Shown: one piece after another, positions 52,101 through 61,771 of the stretch | Layout of the letters: every line of letters begins with the position of its first letter | How positions within the stretch are numbered: position 1 is the first letter of the stretch | Assembly: GCA_963771175.1 (NCBI GenBank) | Contig: CAVYSY010000011.1 | Location: forward strand, 128,001 to 192,000 | DNA length: 64,000 nucleotides | From: an uncultured delta proteobacterium | GTDB taxonomy: Bacteria; Myxococcota; Myxococcia; Myxococcales; Myxococcaceae | Reading direction: 5' to 3' | Translations under genes and position numbers: made by a program | Notes under the pieces: generated by a model | The model's input: the letters and a program-made list of their open reading frames with translations, nothing else | Told to the model about the DNA's origin: nothing | The model's database searches: none

Positions 52101-52988
52101 GTGGCGCGGCTCATGCGATGGCGCATCCCGCTGGATGTCCTGACTTGTATTCTCGTTCTACTTCCAATGGGTGGGTTGCTCTTCGTGGCGATGCTCCCGC
52201 GAGGCAGGCCAGCAGCGCAGGAGGCGGTCATCCTTCCCGTTCTCTCCCTCGACGTGCGCAGGTCGCTGCTGACATACCAACGGGATTGCCGTTCTGATGC
52301 GGACTGTGAGCCCCCGCTCGGCTGTTTCATGGCGGGGCACTCCGGGGTCTCCTACTGCACGGACAGCACGTGCGCGCAGAACACGGATTGCCTGGAAGGC
52401 TTCGCCTGCATTCCCCTCAAGAGCACCACGGGCAAATCCCTGGTGCGCAGGTGCTCGCTCGTCGGACATCGAAAGGAAGGAGAGGTGTGTCGGGTTCCCG
52501 CCCACGGCCTCGAGGACGCTTGTGAGCAGGGCCTGAGTTGTCAATGGCGGTGTGGCCGGCTGTGTCGCTTGAATGACCCGGCAGGTTGCCCGGACGGTTT
52601 CTTCTGCTTGGAGGGCCGGGAAGGTCCTCCTTCGTGCATGCCTACATGTGAGGGCCGCCCCTGCCCCGCGGGCCAGCAGTGCATTCCACGTGGAATCGAG
52701 GAAGACGGCGTCTCGGTTTGCGGTCGGGTAGAGGGACCGGACTGTCGGCGGGATTCGTGCCCTCGGGGGCAGTACTGCGATGTCTTCGAGGTTCCCCAGC
52801 GCCCCTGGGAAGTGCGGACGCGATGCATGCAACTCTGCAAGAAGGAGTCTGACTGCCCGGAGGAAAGTACCTGCCTCGCCCACCAATGCCGCAAGCCTTG
52901 CGACCCGCGGGAGCCCTCGGCCTGTGGACCCGGGCTCACCTGTGGACACTACCAACCAGCGGACCCCTGGTACTGCATTCCGGGCTGA
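52101..52988 (+). CDS. Membrane-anchored/secreted cysteine-rich repeat protein
   Basis: N-terminal hydrophobic helix; 32 Cys in the remainder, arranged as about 8 four-Cys modules. Confidence 0.75.
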   Translation: MARLMRWRIPLDVLTCILVLLPMGGLLFVAMLPRGRPAAQEAVILPVLSLDVRRSLLTYQRDCRSDADCEPPLGCFMAGHSGVSYCTDSTCAQNTDCLEGFACIPLKSTTGKSLVRRCSLVGHRKEGEVCRVPAHGLEDACEQGLSCQWRCGRLCRLNDPAGCPDGFFCLEGREGPPSCMPTCEGRPCPAGQQCIPRGIEEDGVSVCGRVEGPDCRRDSCPRGQYCDVFEVPQRPWEVRTRCMQLCKKESDCPEESTCLAHQCRKPCDPREPSACGPGLTCGHYQPADPWYCIPG

Positions 52989-53065
52989 AAGGCCGGAGTC
53001 CATACCACCCAAGTGGCGCAGCCGTTTTCTCGGGGCGCTCCCATGCTGGGCAGTGGTCTCGTCGG

Positions 53066-53950
53066 CTACCCGTACGACTCCCGCTTGATGCGCTTGTCCT
53101 CGATGCCGAGGTCATGGAGATGGCCGAGCACCGTCTCCATGAAGCGCGGCGTGGCCGGCGTGCGCGTCTCCAGCGCCTTGCGCCGGTCCCACGGGGTGAT
53201 GGCCGGGCCGCACACGTAGACGAGGCACTTCTCCCGGTCCGGGATGAGCTCCGCCAGCAGGGCCTCGCTGACGCGGCCCTTGCGCACGCTCGGGCCGAAG
53301 TGGGACTCGTCCGTCTCGCGGGTGAGGGTGTGCACCACGCGCAGCTTGTCCGGGTGCGCGCGCTCGAGCGCCTCGAAGGCCTCCCGGTAGAGGATGTCGC
53401 CCCACGTCTTGTTGGAGAAGAGGACGGTGTGGCGCGGCTTGAGTCCCCGGTGCAGGGCGTCCTTGACGATGGCGAAGTTGGGCACCGCGCCCGAGCCGGC
53501 GACGACGTGGACGAGGTGGTCCGTGCGCTCCTCCACGTCGTCCGGGAGGACGTAGGGCCCCATGAAGCCGAGCACCTTGATGCGCGCGCCGGTGAGCCGG
53601 CCGTGGACGAGGTAGGGCGAGAGCAGGGGCGGGTACTTCGTGAAGCCGGGGATGTAGTCCTCGTCCTTCACGGTGATGGACACCAGCGGCTCGTGTGGCG
53701 CGGAGGCCATCGAGTAGGAGCGCGCGGGCTCCTTGCGCGCCTTGTGCTCCTGGAGGTAGGCGGAGAGCCGGCCGAGCGCGGGGAACTGGTGCGGGTCGAT
53801 GTTGATGAACTGGCCGGCGCGGTACTCGGGGCGCTCGGGGCCGAAGTCCAGGTAGAGGGTGGCGGTGTCGTGCGTCTCCAGGCGCACGTCGGCCACCGTC
53901 ACCTCGTACTCCTTGGGGCGGTTCCGGGCGGTCGTCACGGTTGCGCTCAT
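53066..53950 (-). CDS. FAD/NAD(P)-binding oxidoreductase (ferredoxin reductase-like)
   Basis: YRAGQF, RSYSMASAP, VAGSGAVPN, VYVCGP, IKRESYG. Confidence 0.88.
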   Translation of the reverse strand: MSATVTTARNRPKEYEVTVADVRLETHDTATLYLDFGPERPEYRAGQFINIDPHQFPALGRLSAYLQEHKARKEPARSYSMASAPHEPLVSITVKDEDYIPGFTKYPPLLSPYLVHGRLTGARIKVLGFMGPYVLPDDVEERTDHLVHVVAGSGAVPNFAIVKDALHRGLKPRHTVLFSNKTWGDILYREAFEALERAHPDKLRVVHTLTRETDESHFGPSVRKGRVSEALLAELIPDREKCLVYVCGPAITPWDRRKALETRTPATPRFMETVLGHLHDLGIEDKRIKRESYG

Positions 53951-54021
53951 GGCGTCCTTCGTACCAGCCCGGTGGACGTTCTTTCGAGGAAAGCGTTGCG
54001 GCCGGGCGTCGGGCGCGGACA

Positions 54022-55186
54022 ATGCCGTTTCAGGTGACGACCGTCCAACAGAGGGATCAGGTGTTCGTCTCGGCGCTGCCGGGACTGGAGCCGGCCGTGG
54101 AGGCCGAGGCCGAGGCGTTGGGCTTCTCGCCCCGGAGGGTGGAGGGCGGGGTGGAGCTCACCGGCGAGCCGGGGCTGCACCAGGAGGCCAACCTGCGCCT
54201 GCGCACGGCGAGCCGGGTGCTGCTGCGGCTGGGGCGCTTCGCCGCGCCGGACGCCGGGGCCCTGGCGAAGGGCCTGGCCGGGCTTCCCCTGGGCAAGGTG
54301 TGGGACGGGAAGTCGGCGCCGAGGCTCTCGGTGGCCCTGCACGGCGCGCGTATCAAGGGGCAGGACGCGGTGCTGTCCGCCGCCGCGCGAGCCTGGGGAC
54401 TGCCCTCGGTGGAGCGCGCGGGGCCGCTGGACGAGGAGTCCTCCGAGGGCCTCACCCTGCTGGTGCGCCTGGAGGGCGACACGTGCACGGTGAGCGCGGA
54501 CACCAGTGGTGAGCCGCTGCACCGGCGCGGGTATCGGCAGGAGGTGAGCCGGGCGCCGCTGCGCGAGACGCTCGCCGCGGGCATCCTGGTGCTGGCCGGG
54601 TATGACGGGGTGGAGCCGCTGGTGGACCCGATGTGTGGCTCGGGCACCTTCCTCATCGAGGGCGCGTGGATGTCCCAGCGGCGGCGCGCCGGGCCTGGCG
54701 CGCTCGTTCGCCTTCGAGCGCTTTCCCGGCTTCGACGCGGCGGGCTGGGCGGCGCGGAAGGCAAGGGCGGAGGCGGAGTCCCTGCCGGCCCCGCGCGCGG
54801 TGTTGAGGGGCCACGACATCAACGCGGGCTCGCTGGGCACGGCGAGGCGCAACGCGCGGCGGGCGGGGGTGTCGCTCACGCTGGAGCGCCAGGACGTGCG
54901 CACGCTGGCGCTCCCGGCGGGACTCGGGCCTGGGCTGGTGGTGGTGAACCCGCCCTACGGCAAGCGGGTGGGGGAGGCGGAGGACCTGCCGGGGCTGTAC
55001 CGGGCGATGGGGGCCACGTTCCGGCGAGCCTTCGCCGGCTGGCGCGCGGCACTGCTCGTCCCGGAGGACACGGGGTTGATTCGCGCGCTGGGACTGCCCG
55101 AGGGGAGGAGTCTGCCGGTGCGCAACGGCGGCCTGCGCTGCCGCCTGCTGTTGTGCTCGCTGCCCTCGTCCCAGTCCCGCGTGTGA
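54022..55186 (+). CDS. THUMP-domain RNA methyltransferase (RlmL-like); frameshift near 54685
   Basis: NLRLRTASRVL, DTSGEPLHRRGYR, APLRETLAA, DPMCGSGT, VNPPYGKR. Confidence 0.88.
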
Positions 55187-55231
55187 GGCGCTCGCGACGT
55201 CGGTTCGCGAGCGCCTGGCGACCCGGAGGAC

Positions 55232-56794
55232 CTACCGACCCACGGCGAGCCGCGAGGGCTTCGCCGAGGTGCCGTCCATGGCGAGCGCCCGCGCGACCAT
55301 GACCTGGGCGGCGAGCACGGTGGAGCGCACCACATGGAGGGGCCGGTAGAGGCCCTTGGCGATCCACAGCTTGGGGTGGATGTCGGAGGGCTCGCTCCCG
55401 TCGTAGGGCGCGAGGTAGGCGGTGCCCTTGGCGAGGATGCCGGCGTCGACGCTCAGGCCGGCGAGCCGCGCGGCGGCCAGGGCATGGAGGGCATAGGCGG
55501 TCTCCTCGGGCGAGCTGCGGCCGAACCAGCCCCAACCGCCGTCGGTGCGCTGGTTGGCCTGGAGCCACTGCACGGAGGGCACCACGCAGGAGGCATCCCA
55601 GCGCAGCAGCGCCCGCGTCGCGCGGCTGGTGACGTAGTACACCGAGGCGTGCCACTTGTCCGTCCAGAAGCCATCCTGGCGGCGCTGGCTCAGCAGGAAG
55701 CGGGCGGACTTGTCCACCGAGTCCTGGCCGCCGGGGTACGGCCGGCCTTGGATGGCGTCCAGCACGTGGGCGTTCGCACTCACCGAGGCGCCGCGCTCCA
55801 CGAGGAAGCCGACGAAGCCGTCTGGCCGCTCATACTGCGCCAGCAGCTTCCAGTTCACCTCGTAGCCGTGGTCGTGCAGCAACCCGGAGGACACGGAGGT
55901 GTCATCCGAATCGCCGTAGGCGACCTCCGAGGACCACGCCAGCCCGAAGGCCTGGGTGTGCGAGCGGATGGCCTCCAGGTGTGGCTTCAGCTCCGGCTGG
56001 AGCTCGGGGCTCATCCCCGCCATGTGCAGGTGGTAGGCGATCCACAGCCGCTGCCACAGCTCGGTTCCCGTTCCGAAGGGGATGCTGCGGGGCCCGCGGC
56101 GGTCCACCAGTTCCCGCAGGCCGCGGAGCGCGCGCTCATCGCCGCTCTTCTGCACGAAGTGGGCGGTGGTCGCCACGCTCGCGCCCACGAGCCCGTTGGC
56201 CGTCTGCAGCTTGCGAGCCTGCTCCACGTCCAGCTTGTCGCGCAGGAACTCGAGCGAGAAGCCCAGGCTGAGATGGGGCGCGTACAGCATCTGGGGCGGC
56301 ACCCGCGACATCTTCTCCTTGTGCAGGGCCTCGGCCGCGGCGCTCAATGCGTGGAGGTTGCTGAAGCCCCGCTCGCATACCTCCGCGAGCAGCGGGGCGG
56401 CCACCAGCTCGAAGCCGATGGTGAGATCCGGCTCATCCTTGAGCCGCGGCCAGCTCTTGAGGACGAAGGCCGCGGCGCGATCCGCCCGCGCGCGCGCTTC
56501 CGGCCCGTTGTCGAACTCGATCACCGCCAGCATGGAGGAGAGCGTGGCCAGCAGCCGCGCGGAGACGTAGTCCACCTCCGGCGCCCAGCCACCATCCTCG
56601 GCCTGGGTGGTGCGCACCACCTCCAGCACCTCGGGGAAGGCCGGCTCTCGGGTGCCCGGCTTCGCCACGCGAGCCAGGAAGCCCGCGTCGTACTCCGAGT
56701 GCCCCACGTCGGCCATGTCGGGCTGGTCGAGCAGGGCGCGGGCGCGCTCCAGGAGCTGAGCCTTCGAAGGCAGGTGCGGGTCGATATCGGGCAT
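55232..56794 (-). CDS. Class II (protonation-initiated) diterpene cyclase, beta-gamma fold
   Basis: SEYDAGFLA (YDTAW-like), QAEDGGW, IGFEL, DSDDTS (DxDD), SVSANAHVL, WTDKWHASVYY.T, QRTDGGWG, EETAYAL, LWIAKGLYRP. Confidence 0.9.
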   Translation of the reverse strand: MPDIDPHLPSKAQLLERARALLDQPDMADVGHSEYDAGFLARVAKPGTREPAFPEVLEVVRTTQAEDGGWAPEVDYVSARLLATLSSMLAVIEFDNGPEARARADRAAAFVLKSWPRLKDEPDLTIGFELVAAPLLAEVCERGFSNLHALSAAAEALHKEKMSRVPPQMLYAPHLSLGFSLEFLRDKLDVEQARKLQTANGLVGASVATTAHFVQKSGDERALRGLRELVDRRGPRSIPFGTGTELWQRLWIAYHLHMAGMSPELQPELKPHLEAIRSHTQAFGLAWSSEVAYGDSDDTSVSSGLLHDHGYEVNWKLLAQYERPDGFVGFLVERGASVSANAHVLDAIQGRPYPGGQDSVDKSARFLLSQRRQDGFWTDKWHASVYYVTSRATRALLRWDASCVVPSVQWLQANQRTDGGWGWFGRSSPEETAYALHALAAARLAGLSVDAGILAKGTAYLAPYDGSEPSDIHPKLWIAKGLYRPLHVVRSTVLAAQVMVARALAMDGTSAKPSRLAVGR

Positions 56795-56970
56795 GGTCGG
56801 GATTCCTGTCTGGACCTCTCAGGGAGGAGGAGGTCTTGGCGGGAGGAAGTATCGCCGCTCGTCCACGGGAGGAAAAGACGTCCCGAGGTGGCGGGGCGGC
56901 CTCCTCACGGCGGGTAGAGGAGACTCATGACGCGTGGTGCGCGCGAGGGGCCGTGTTGGTGGCGGCGCCC

Positions 56971-58392
56971 TCAAGCGCTCTTGGCGGTGGCGTGGGGCGT
57001 GCGCCTGCGCACCCGGAGCCACACGCCGTTGCGAGGCCGGGTCGCCCCGGCGACGGTCGCCTCCATGGGGCGGCCGGGCACGGGCTCGAGCTCGAAGCGC
57101 GACAGCAGCCGCGTCAGGACGAGCTGCCCCTCCATGAGCGCGAAGTCCCTGCCGATGCACAGCCGCTGGCCATTTCCGAAGGGAATCCAGGCCAGCGGGT
57201 GCCTCCCGGCCGAGCGCTCCGGAGTGAACCGCCACGGATCGAACTGGTCGGGCTGCTCCCAGAATTCGGGGTGCCGATGGATGACGTAGGTCATGACGCC
57301 GATCATCGAGCCAGCGGGGATGCGGTAACCGTCGATGACGTCATCCTCGACCGCCGTGCGCGGCACCCAGTAGGTGGGCGGGTACATGCGCAGGCCCTCC
57401 TGCAGCACCATGAGCACCTTCTGCAAGCGGGGCAGGTGCATGAGGGTGGGAGTGCTCTGTCCGAGCACCTGGTCGCATTCGTCCCGCACCATCTGGGCGA
57501 GGTCCTGCCGCTCGGCCAGGCTGCCGCAGGTGAAGGCCAGGGCGGTGGACGTGGTCTCGTAACCCGCCAGCAGCAGCGAGATGGCCTCGTCGCGGAGTTG
57601 GTGGTCCGTCATGCGGCCGCCCTCGTCATCCACCGCGTCGATCAACATCCCCAGCAGATCGCCTTCGGAGTTGGAGCCCTTCTCCCGGCGCCGGGCGATC
57701 AGCTCGAAGATGATCTGGTCGATGTTGCGCATGGCCTGCTCGAAGCGGCTGCGCCCCGGGGCGGGCATCCACTGGGGCAGCTTGCTGGTGAAGAGGCTGG
57801 AGAGCACATGCTGGACGACGTAGTCGAACTCCCGGCTCACCTGGGTGGCGGCTTCGGGCGAGATGTCGGCGCCGAACAGCGTCTTGACCACCACGTTCAT
57901 GGTGAGGCGGGCGAACTCGTGGAAGCTGTCGAACGGCTCACCCGATTCCGCGGCCCGGTCCCAGCTCTCCAGGCTCTCGTCGATGGCCTTGAGCATGACG
58001 TCGAACAGGGTGGTGATGCGCTCCCGGTGGAAGTGCGGTTGGATCATGCGCCGTTGCCGCAGCCAGAAGTCGCCCTCGCTGGTGGGCAGCCCGTTGCCGA
58101 CGATGCTTCGGATGGCGCCCCAGATGGGGCCACCCTTGATGTAGCGGCGGGGATGGTCACGCAGCACGTGCTGGGCATGGCGCGGGTGGTTGAGCGCGAT
58201 GCAGCGGGTGATGCCCAGGTCGAGCGTGTAGATGTCCCCGTGTCGGGCTCTGGCGGAGAGGACATAGCCCAGGGCATCCCGCGCGAGGCCCGGCAGTGCT
58301 CCCACCAGGGGGAGTCCCGCACGGGGCGGCAGGGGCAGCGTCGAGTCGCTGGAGGAAGGCGCGGGGGGAGCGGGGGGATCGCGATCTGGCAT
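56971..58392 (-). CDS. Cytochrome P450
   Basis: LAGYETT I-helix, EGLR (ExxR), FDPWRF, PFGNGQRLCIG heme motif. Confidence 0.96.
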   Translation of the reverse strand: MPDRDPPAPPAPSSSDSTLPLPPRAGLPLVGALPGLARDALGYVLSARARHGDIYTLDLGITRCIALNHPRHAQHVLRDHPRRYIKGGPIWGAIRSIVGNGLPTSEGDFWLRQRRMIQPHFHRERITTLFDVMLKAIDESLESWDRAAESGEPFDSFHEFARLTMNVVVKTLFGADISPEAATQVSREFDYVVQHVLSSLFTSKLPQWMPAPGRSRFEQAMRNIDQIIFELIARRREKGSNSEGDLLGMLIDAVDDEGGRMTDHQLRDEAISLLLAGYETTSTALAFTCGSLAERQDLAQMVRDECDQVLGQSTPTLMHLPRLQKVLMVLQEGLRMYPPTYWVPRTAVEDDVIDGYRIPAGSMIGVMTYVIHRHPEFWEQPDQFDPWRFTPERSAGRHPLAWIPFGNGQRLCIGRDFALMEGQLVLTRLLSRFELEPVPGRPMEATVAGATRPRNGVWLRVRRRTPHATAKSA

Positions 58393-58507
58393 GTCTACTT
58401 CCGTTGCAAGAATCCAGCTTTCCCAGCATGCACCATCTGCCGGGCCTTGCGTAGTGCGTCGAGCCGGGCGCATGGCCAGGGTGGGTAAATGCCCCTAGTA
58501 TTCCGCC

Positions 58508-59455
58508 ATGTCCAATCCCTCAGTGCCCTCGGAGCCCTCCGACCCCACGGAGGCGGTAGTCCACTTCATCGAGACGAACGCCGTCACGTTCGAGCGAGGT
58601 GAGCCGCGGAAGTACTTCGCCAGGTTCACCAAGATGAATGGGGGGCTCACTCTGCCCATCGTGGACCCGGAGCACCTGACCAAGGTCATCCGGCTCAAGA
58701 ATTTCTACGCCCTCTGGAATTTCCTGGTGGACGATGAGATGGACCGGGATGGGCGCTCCACCGGACTCGACGACAGCATGATGATGCTGATGCATTACTC
58801 GCGGGGGGCACCTCTTTCGTCCCAGGTCTCCGTCGCTGCGCGGCTGCTCGAGAAGATCCTGCGGGAGGTGAAGGCGCTCTCCACCGCGAATGACCCGACC
58901 AAGGCCCGCCTGCGCGAGATGTTCTACTTCGACCTGTGGGCGCTGATGACCGGGTTCAAGCACGAGGCCTGTATCAACGACATGAAGGAGGCGGCCAACC
59001 CGATGGAGTACATCAAGTACACCACCCTGGTCGGCTCCATCGAGCACCTGCTCGACCTGGACTGCCTCTTCGCCACCAGCACGCTGCCGCCCCCCGTCTA
59101 CAACCGCCTGCGGGTGGCCTACGATCATCTCGGACGGGCGCTCAAGTTCTCCTCGGACGTCGGGTCGCTGAAGCGGGAACTGATGGAGGAGGACAACCTC
59201 AACCTCATCCGGATCCTGGCCGGCGGCGAGAACATCACCGGCCTCGAGAAGAAGCTGTCGGAGGCGGAGTTCGAGGCCCTTCGCTCCGACCTCGAGCCCA
59301 TCGTGAAGAAGGTGCGCGACATGGCCCGGGAGCACCTGGAGAAGGCGAGCAGTCTGCTGTCCGGCCTCTCGGGGGTGGATACCGGGCGGCTGCTGGGGAC
59401 GGTCTCCTCCATCGTCCAGGAGTACTTCAAGGGCGACGTGTTCTTCCAGAAGTAA
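58508..59455 (+). CDS. Divergent class I terpene synthase-like protein
   Basis: All-helical 315 aa; LVDDEMD (DDxxD) and SDVGSLKRE..E..NL (NSE/DTE-like) at typical spacing; context of class II cyclase and P450s. Confidence 0.72.
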   Translation: MSNPSVPSEPSDPTEAVVHFIETNAVTFERGEPRKYFARFTKMNGGLTLPIVDPEHLTKVIRLKNFYALWNFLVDDEMDRDGRSTGLDDSMMMLMHYSRGAPLSSQVSVAARLLEKILREVKALSTANDPTKARLREMFYFDLWALMTGFKHEACINDMKEAANPMEYIKYTTLVGSIEHLLDLDCLFATSTLPPPVYNRLRVAYDHLGRALKFSSDVGSLKRELMEEDNLNLIRILAGGENITGLEKKLSEAEFEALRSDLEPIVKKVRDMAREHLEKASSLLSGLSGVDTGRLLGTVSSIVQEYFKGDVFFQK

Positions 59456-59466
59456 GCGGTGCTCGC

Positions 59467-59493
59467 GGGAAGGCGGGGGGAGCCCGCCTTCCC
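59467..59493. terminator. Perfect 11-bp stem-loop between convergent terpene synthase and mcp
   Basis: GGGAAGGCGGG-gggag-CCCGCCTTCCC. Confidence 0.6.
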
Positions 59494-59506
59494 ACAGCCG
59501 CGGTGA

Positions 59507-61352
59507 CTACTCCGGCCTGTTGTTGGCCGGTGTGCCGGGCTGCTCGGCCGGCGCGGAGCCGTCCTGCATCCAGCCGTACTGGCCGACGAAGCCAGTCACC
59601 TGCTGGGCCACGTTGCGGACCACGGAGATGGCCTCCTCCGAGGCACGCAGCTGGGTCATCGTCTGATCCATGATGCGCGTCATGTCGGTGACGGCCTGGG
59701 TGATCTGCACGATGCCCGCGTCCTGCTGGGTCACCGCGGCGGCGATCTGCCGCACCGAGTTGGCGTTGTCGCGCACGATGGCCGAGAGCTGCTGCACCTG
59801 TTGGCTGAAGCTCTGGATCTGCACCAGGCTGCTCTCGACGCGCTTGGTGCCCTTCTCCGTGAGCGTGGCCGCGCTGGCGATGGCGGTGCCGATGCCCTGG
59901 AGGATGGAGCGGATGTTGTGAGTGGCGCGGATGGACTGATCCGCCAGTGAGCGGATCTCCTTGGCCACCACGCCGAAACCCTTGCCGCTCTCGCCGGAGC
60001 GCACCGCCTCGATGGCGGCGTTGAGCGCGAGCATGTTCGACTGGTCGGCCAGGTCCTTCACGATGGCCGTGATGCGGGCGACCTGCCGGGCCTGCTCATC
60101 CAGGGACTTGATGCTGGTGGCGATCTCACGCACCTGCGCGCCGATATCCGACAGGCCCGCCATGCCCTCCTGGATGGCCGCCTCGCCGGAATGGCTGATG
60201 TCCTGGGCCTTCTCGGCCTGCTTGAGGATGTTGTTGGCCGTCTTCGCGGCGAGCTGCGAGGTCTGGGTGATCTCCTCGGTGGTGACCTGGGTCTCCTGCA
60301 GCGCGGTGGCCTGGACCGACAGCACCTCCGTCTGCTTCGTCGTCGACAGCCCGAGCTGCTGGGCCGAGTCCTGCAGCGAGAGGGCGGAAGCGCGCAGCGA
60401 CATGGAGAAGGAGCGCAGCTGCTCGAAGACGCGGGCGGTGGCGGCCGACAGGTCGCCGATCTCATCGGTGGAGATCCAGTTGGGCAGCCGGGGCTGACCG
60501 CTGGCCAGGCCCACCAGGGCGTCCTGGATGCTCATCGCGCCCTCCTGCTGCCGACGGGCGAGCACCCACGCCGTCGTGCCGGCGATGGCCAGGAGGTAGC
60601 CACCCAGGATGACGAGGGGGATCATCGAGTCCCGGGCCAGCTTGGTGAGCATCTGCTGGATGAGCGCCTGCACCTCGGCGGTGCTGACGGCGGCGCTCTT
60701 GGCCAGCAGCTCATGGTAGGTGTCGTAGCCCTGCCGGCCGATGATGGTGAGCGTCATCGCCAGGGTGCAGGCCACGAAGAGCGCGAGCGTGTAGGGCAGG
60801 AACCACGACTGGCGGGGCCACAGGAAACCCCTGCCCTTGGGCGTCAAGGTCCCCGCGAGGATGGAACTGCTTGACCGCGTAGGGGCTGAGGATCCGCTCC
60901 ATCTGGTACTGCTCCACCACCATCAGCAGCGCCAGGTGCAGTCCCGTGGCGACCAGCGCCCATAGGATGAGCAGCGGATCCCGGCCGAACAGCACGACCG
61001 AGCCACCGACGAGGAAGCTCACGCCCGGCACGAACGTGGCGAAGATGGCGATCACGATGGTGCCGGGAACCTTGAGGATGCTCTCGAGCTGGACATCAGG
61101 TGGCGTGCTCGCCGGCACATCGAAGGCGCGCTGCACGGCCCGGCGCGTGACCAGGTAGGGGATGAGGATCGTCAGCACCGTGCTGGAGATGGGCGCCAGG
61201 TAGCCGAAGATGGTGATGGCCTCCTTGCGGTTGAGGCCCATGATGACCGCCAGCAGGTACAGCATGGCTGGGGAGCCGATGACATTAGAGACCTGCCGGG
61301 CATTCCACAGCTTCTTGAAGACCTTGGTGGCTTCTGGCGAGAGAGAACTCAT
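59507..61352 (-). CDS. Methyl-accepting chemotaxis protein with about 6 TM helices; one frameshift near 60850
   Basis: ORF 60711..61376 (4 TM) joins ORF 59507..60847 (WPRQSWFLPY, DEIGDL, LADQSNMLALNAAIEAVRSGESGKGFGVVAKEIRSLA). Confidence 0.9.
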
Positions 61353-61771
61353 GTGTATTCGCTGGGGTACTCCCAAAGAGGCTTGACGGCCAGCTTACAC
61401 GCCATGGGCGCGATCTCCAAGGTTCGGAGTCAAGCGGATTTCCCGGGACTCATGCACCTCAGGAGCGCAGGCAGGCTGGCTGGCGCGGGACCTGACGGGC
61501 GGCTCGAACCGCGCCAGGTGCACTCCCAGTCCGTGCTGCCCCCTACCTCCGAGGGGGGTGCCCTCCGTTGTGCTCCCTACCCGCGGCACGAGCTGACGCC
61601 ATTTTAAAAATCTTCAATAGGGATGTGCGGGGAAGTGTCTTGTACTGAACGGATACGCGATTTTCGAAGGGAGAAGTGCTCGACACCTCACGATGATGGC
61701 TAGGCTCTCGCCCCCACCCGCATCCATCTCAATGACAGTCACATTCTGTCGCATCCACCGAAGGGGGAACC

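Noticed and set aside
53066..53950. Ferredoxin reductase-like gene as dedicated redox partner of the P450s
   Set aside because: Separated from the cluster by an RNA methyltransferase, and no ferredoxin gene is nearby; no evidence of linkage.
55232..56794. Squalene-hopene or oxidosqualene cyclase
   Set aside because: At 520 aa it is short for SHC/OSC, has few QW repeats, and carries the DKWHAS.YY and LWIAK.LY.P motifs of bacterial diterpene cyclases.
58508..59455. GGPP synthase (trans-prenyltransferase)
   Set aside because: Lacks the RRG after the first Asp-rich motif and a second DDxxD; the second motif is NSE-like.
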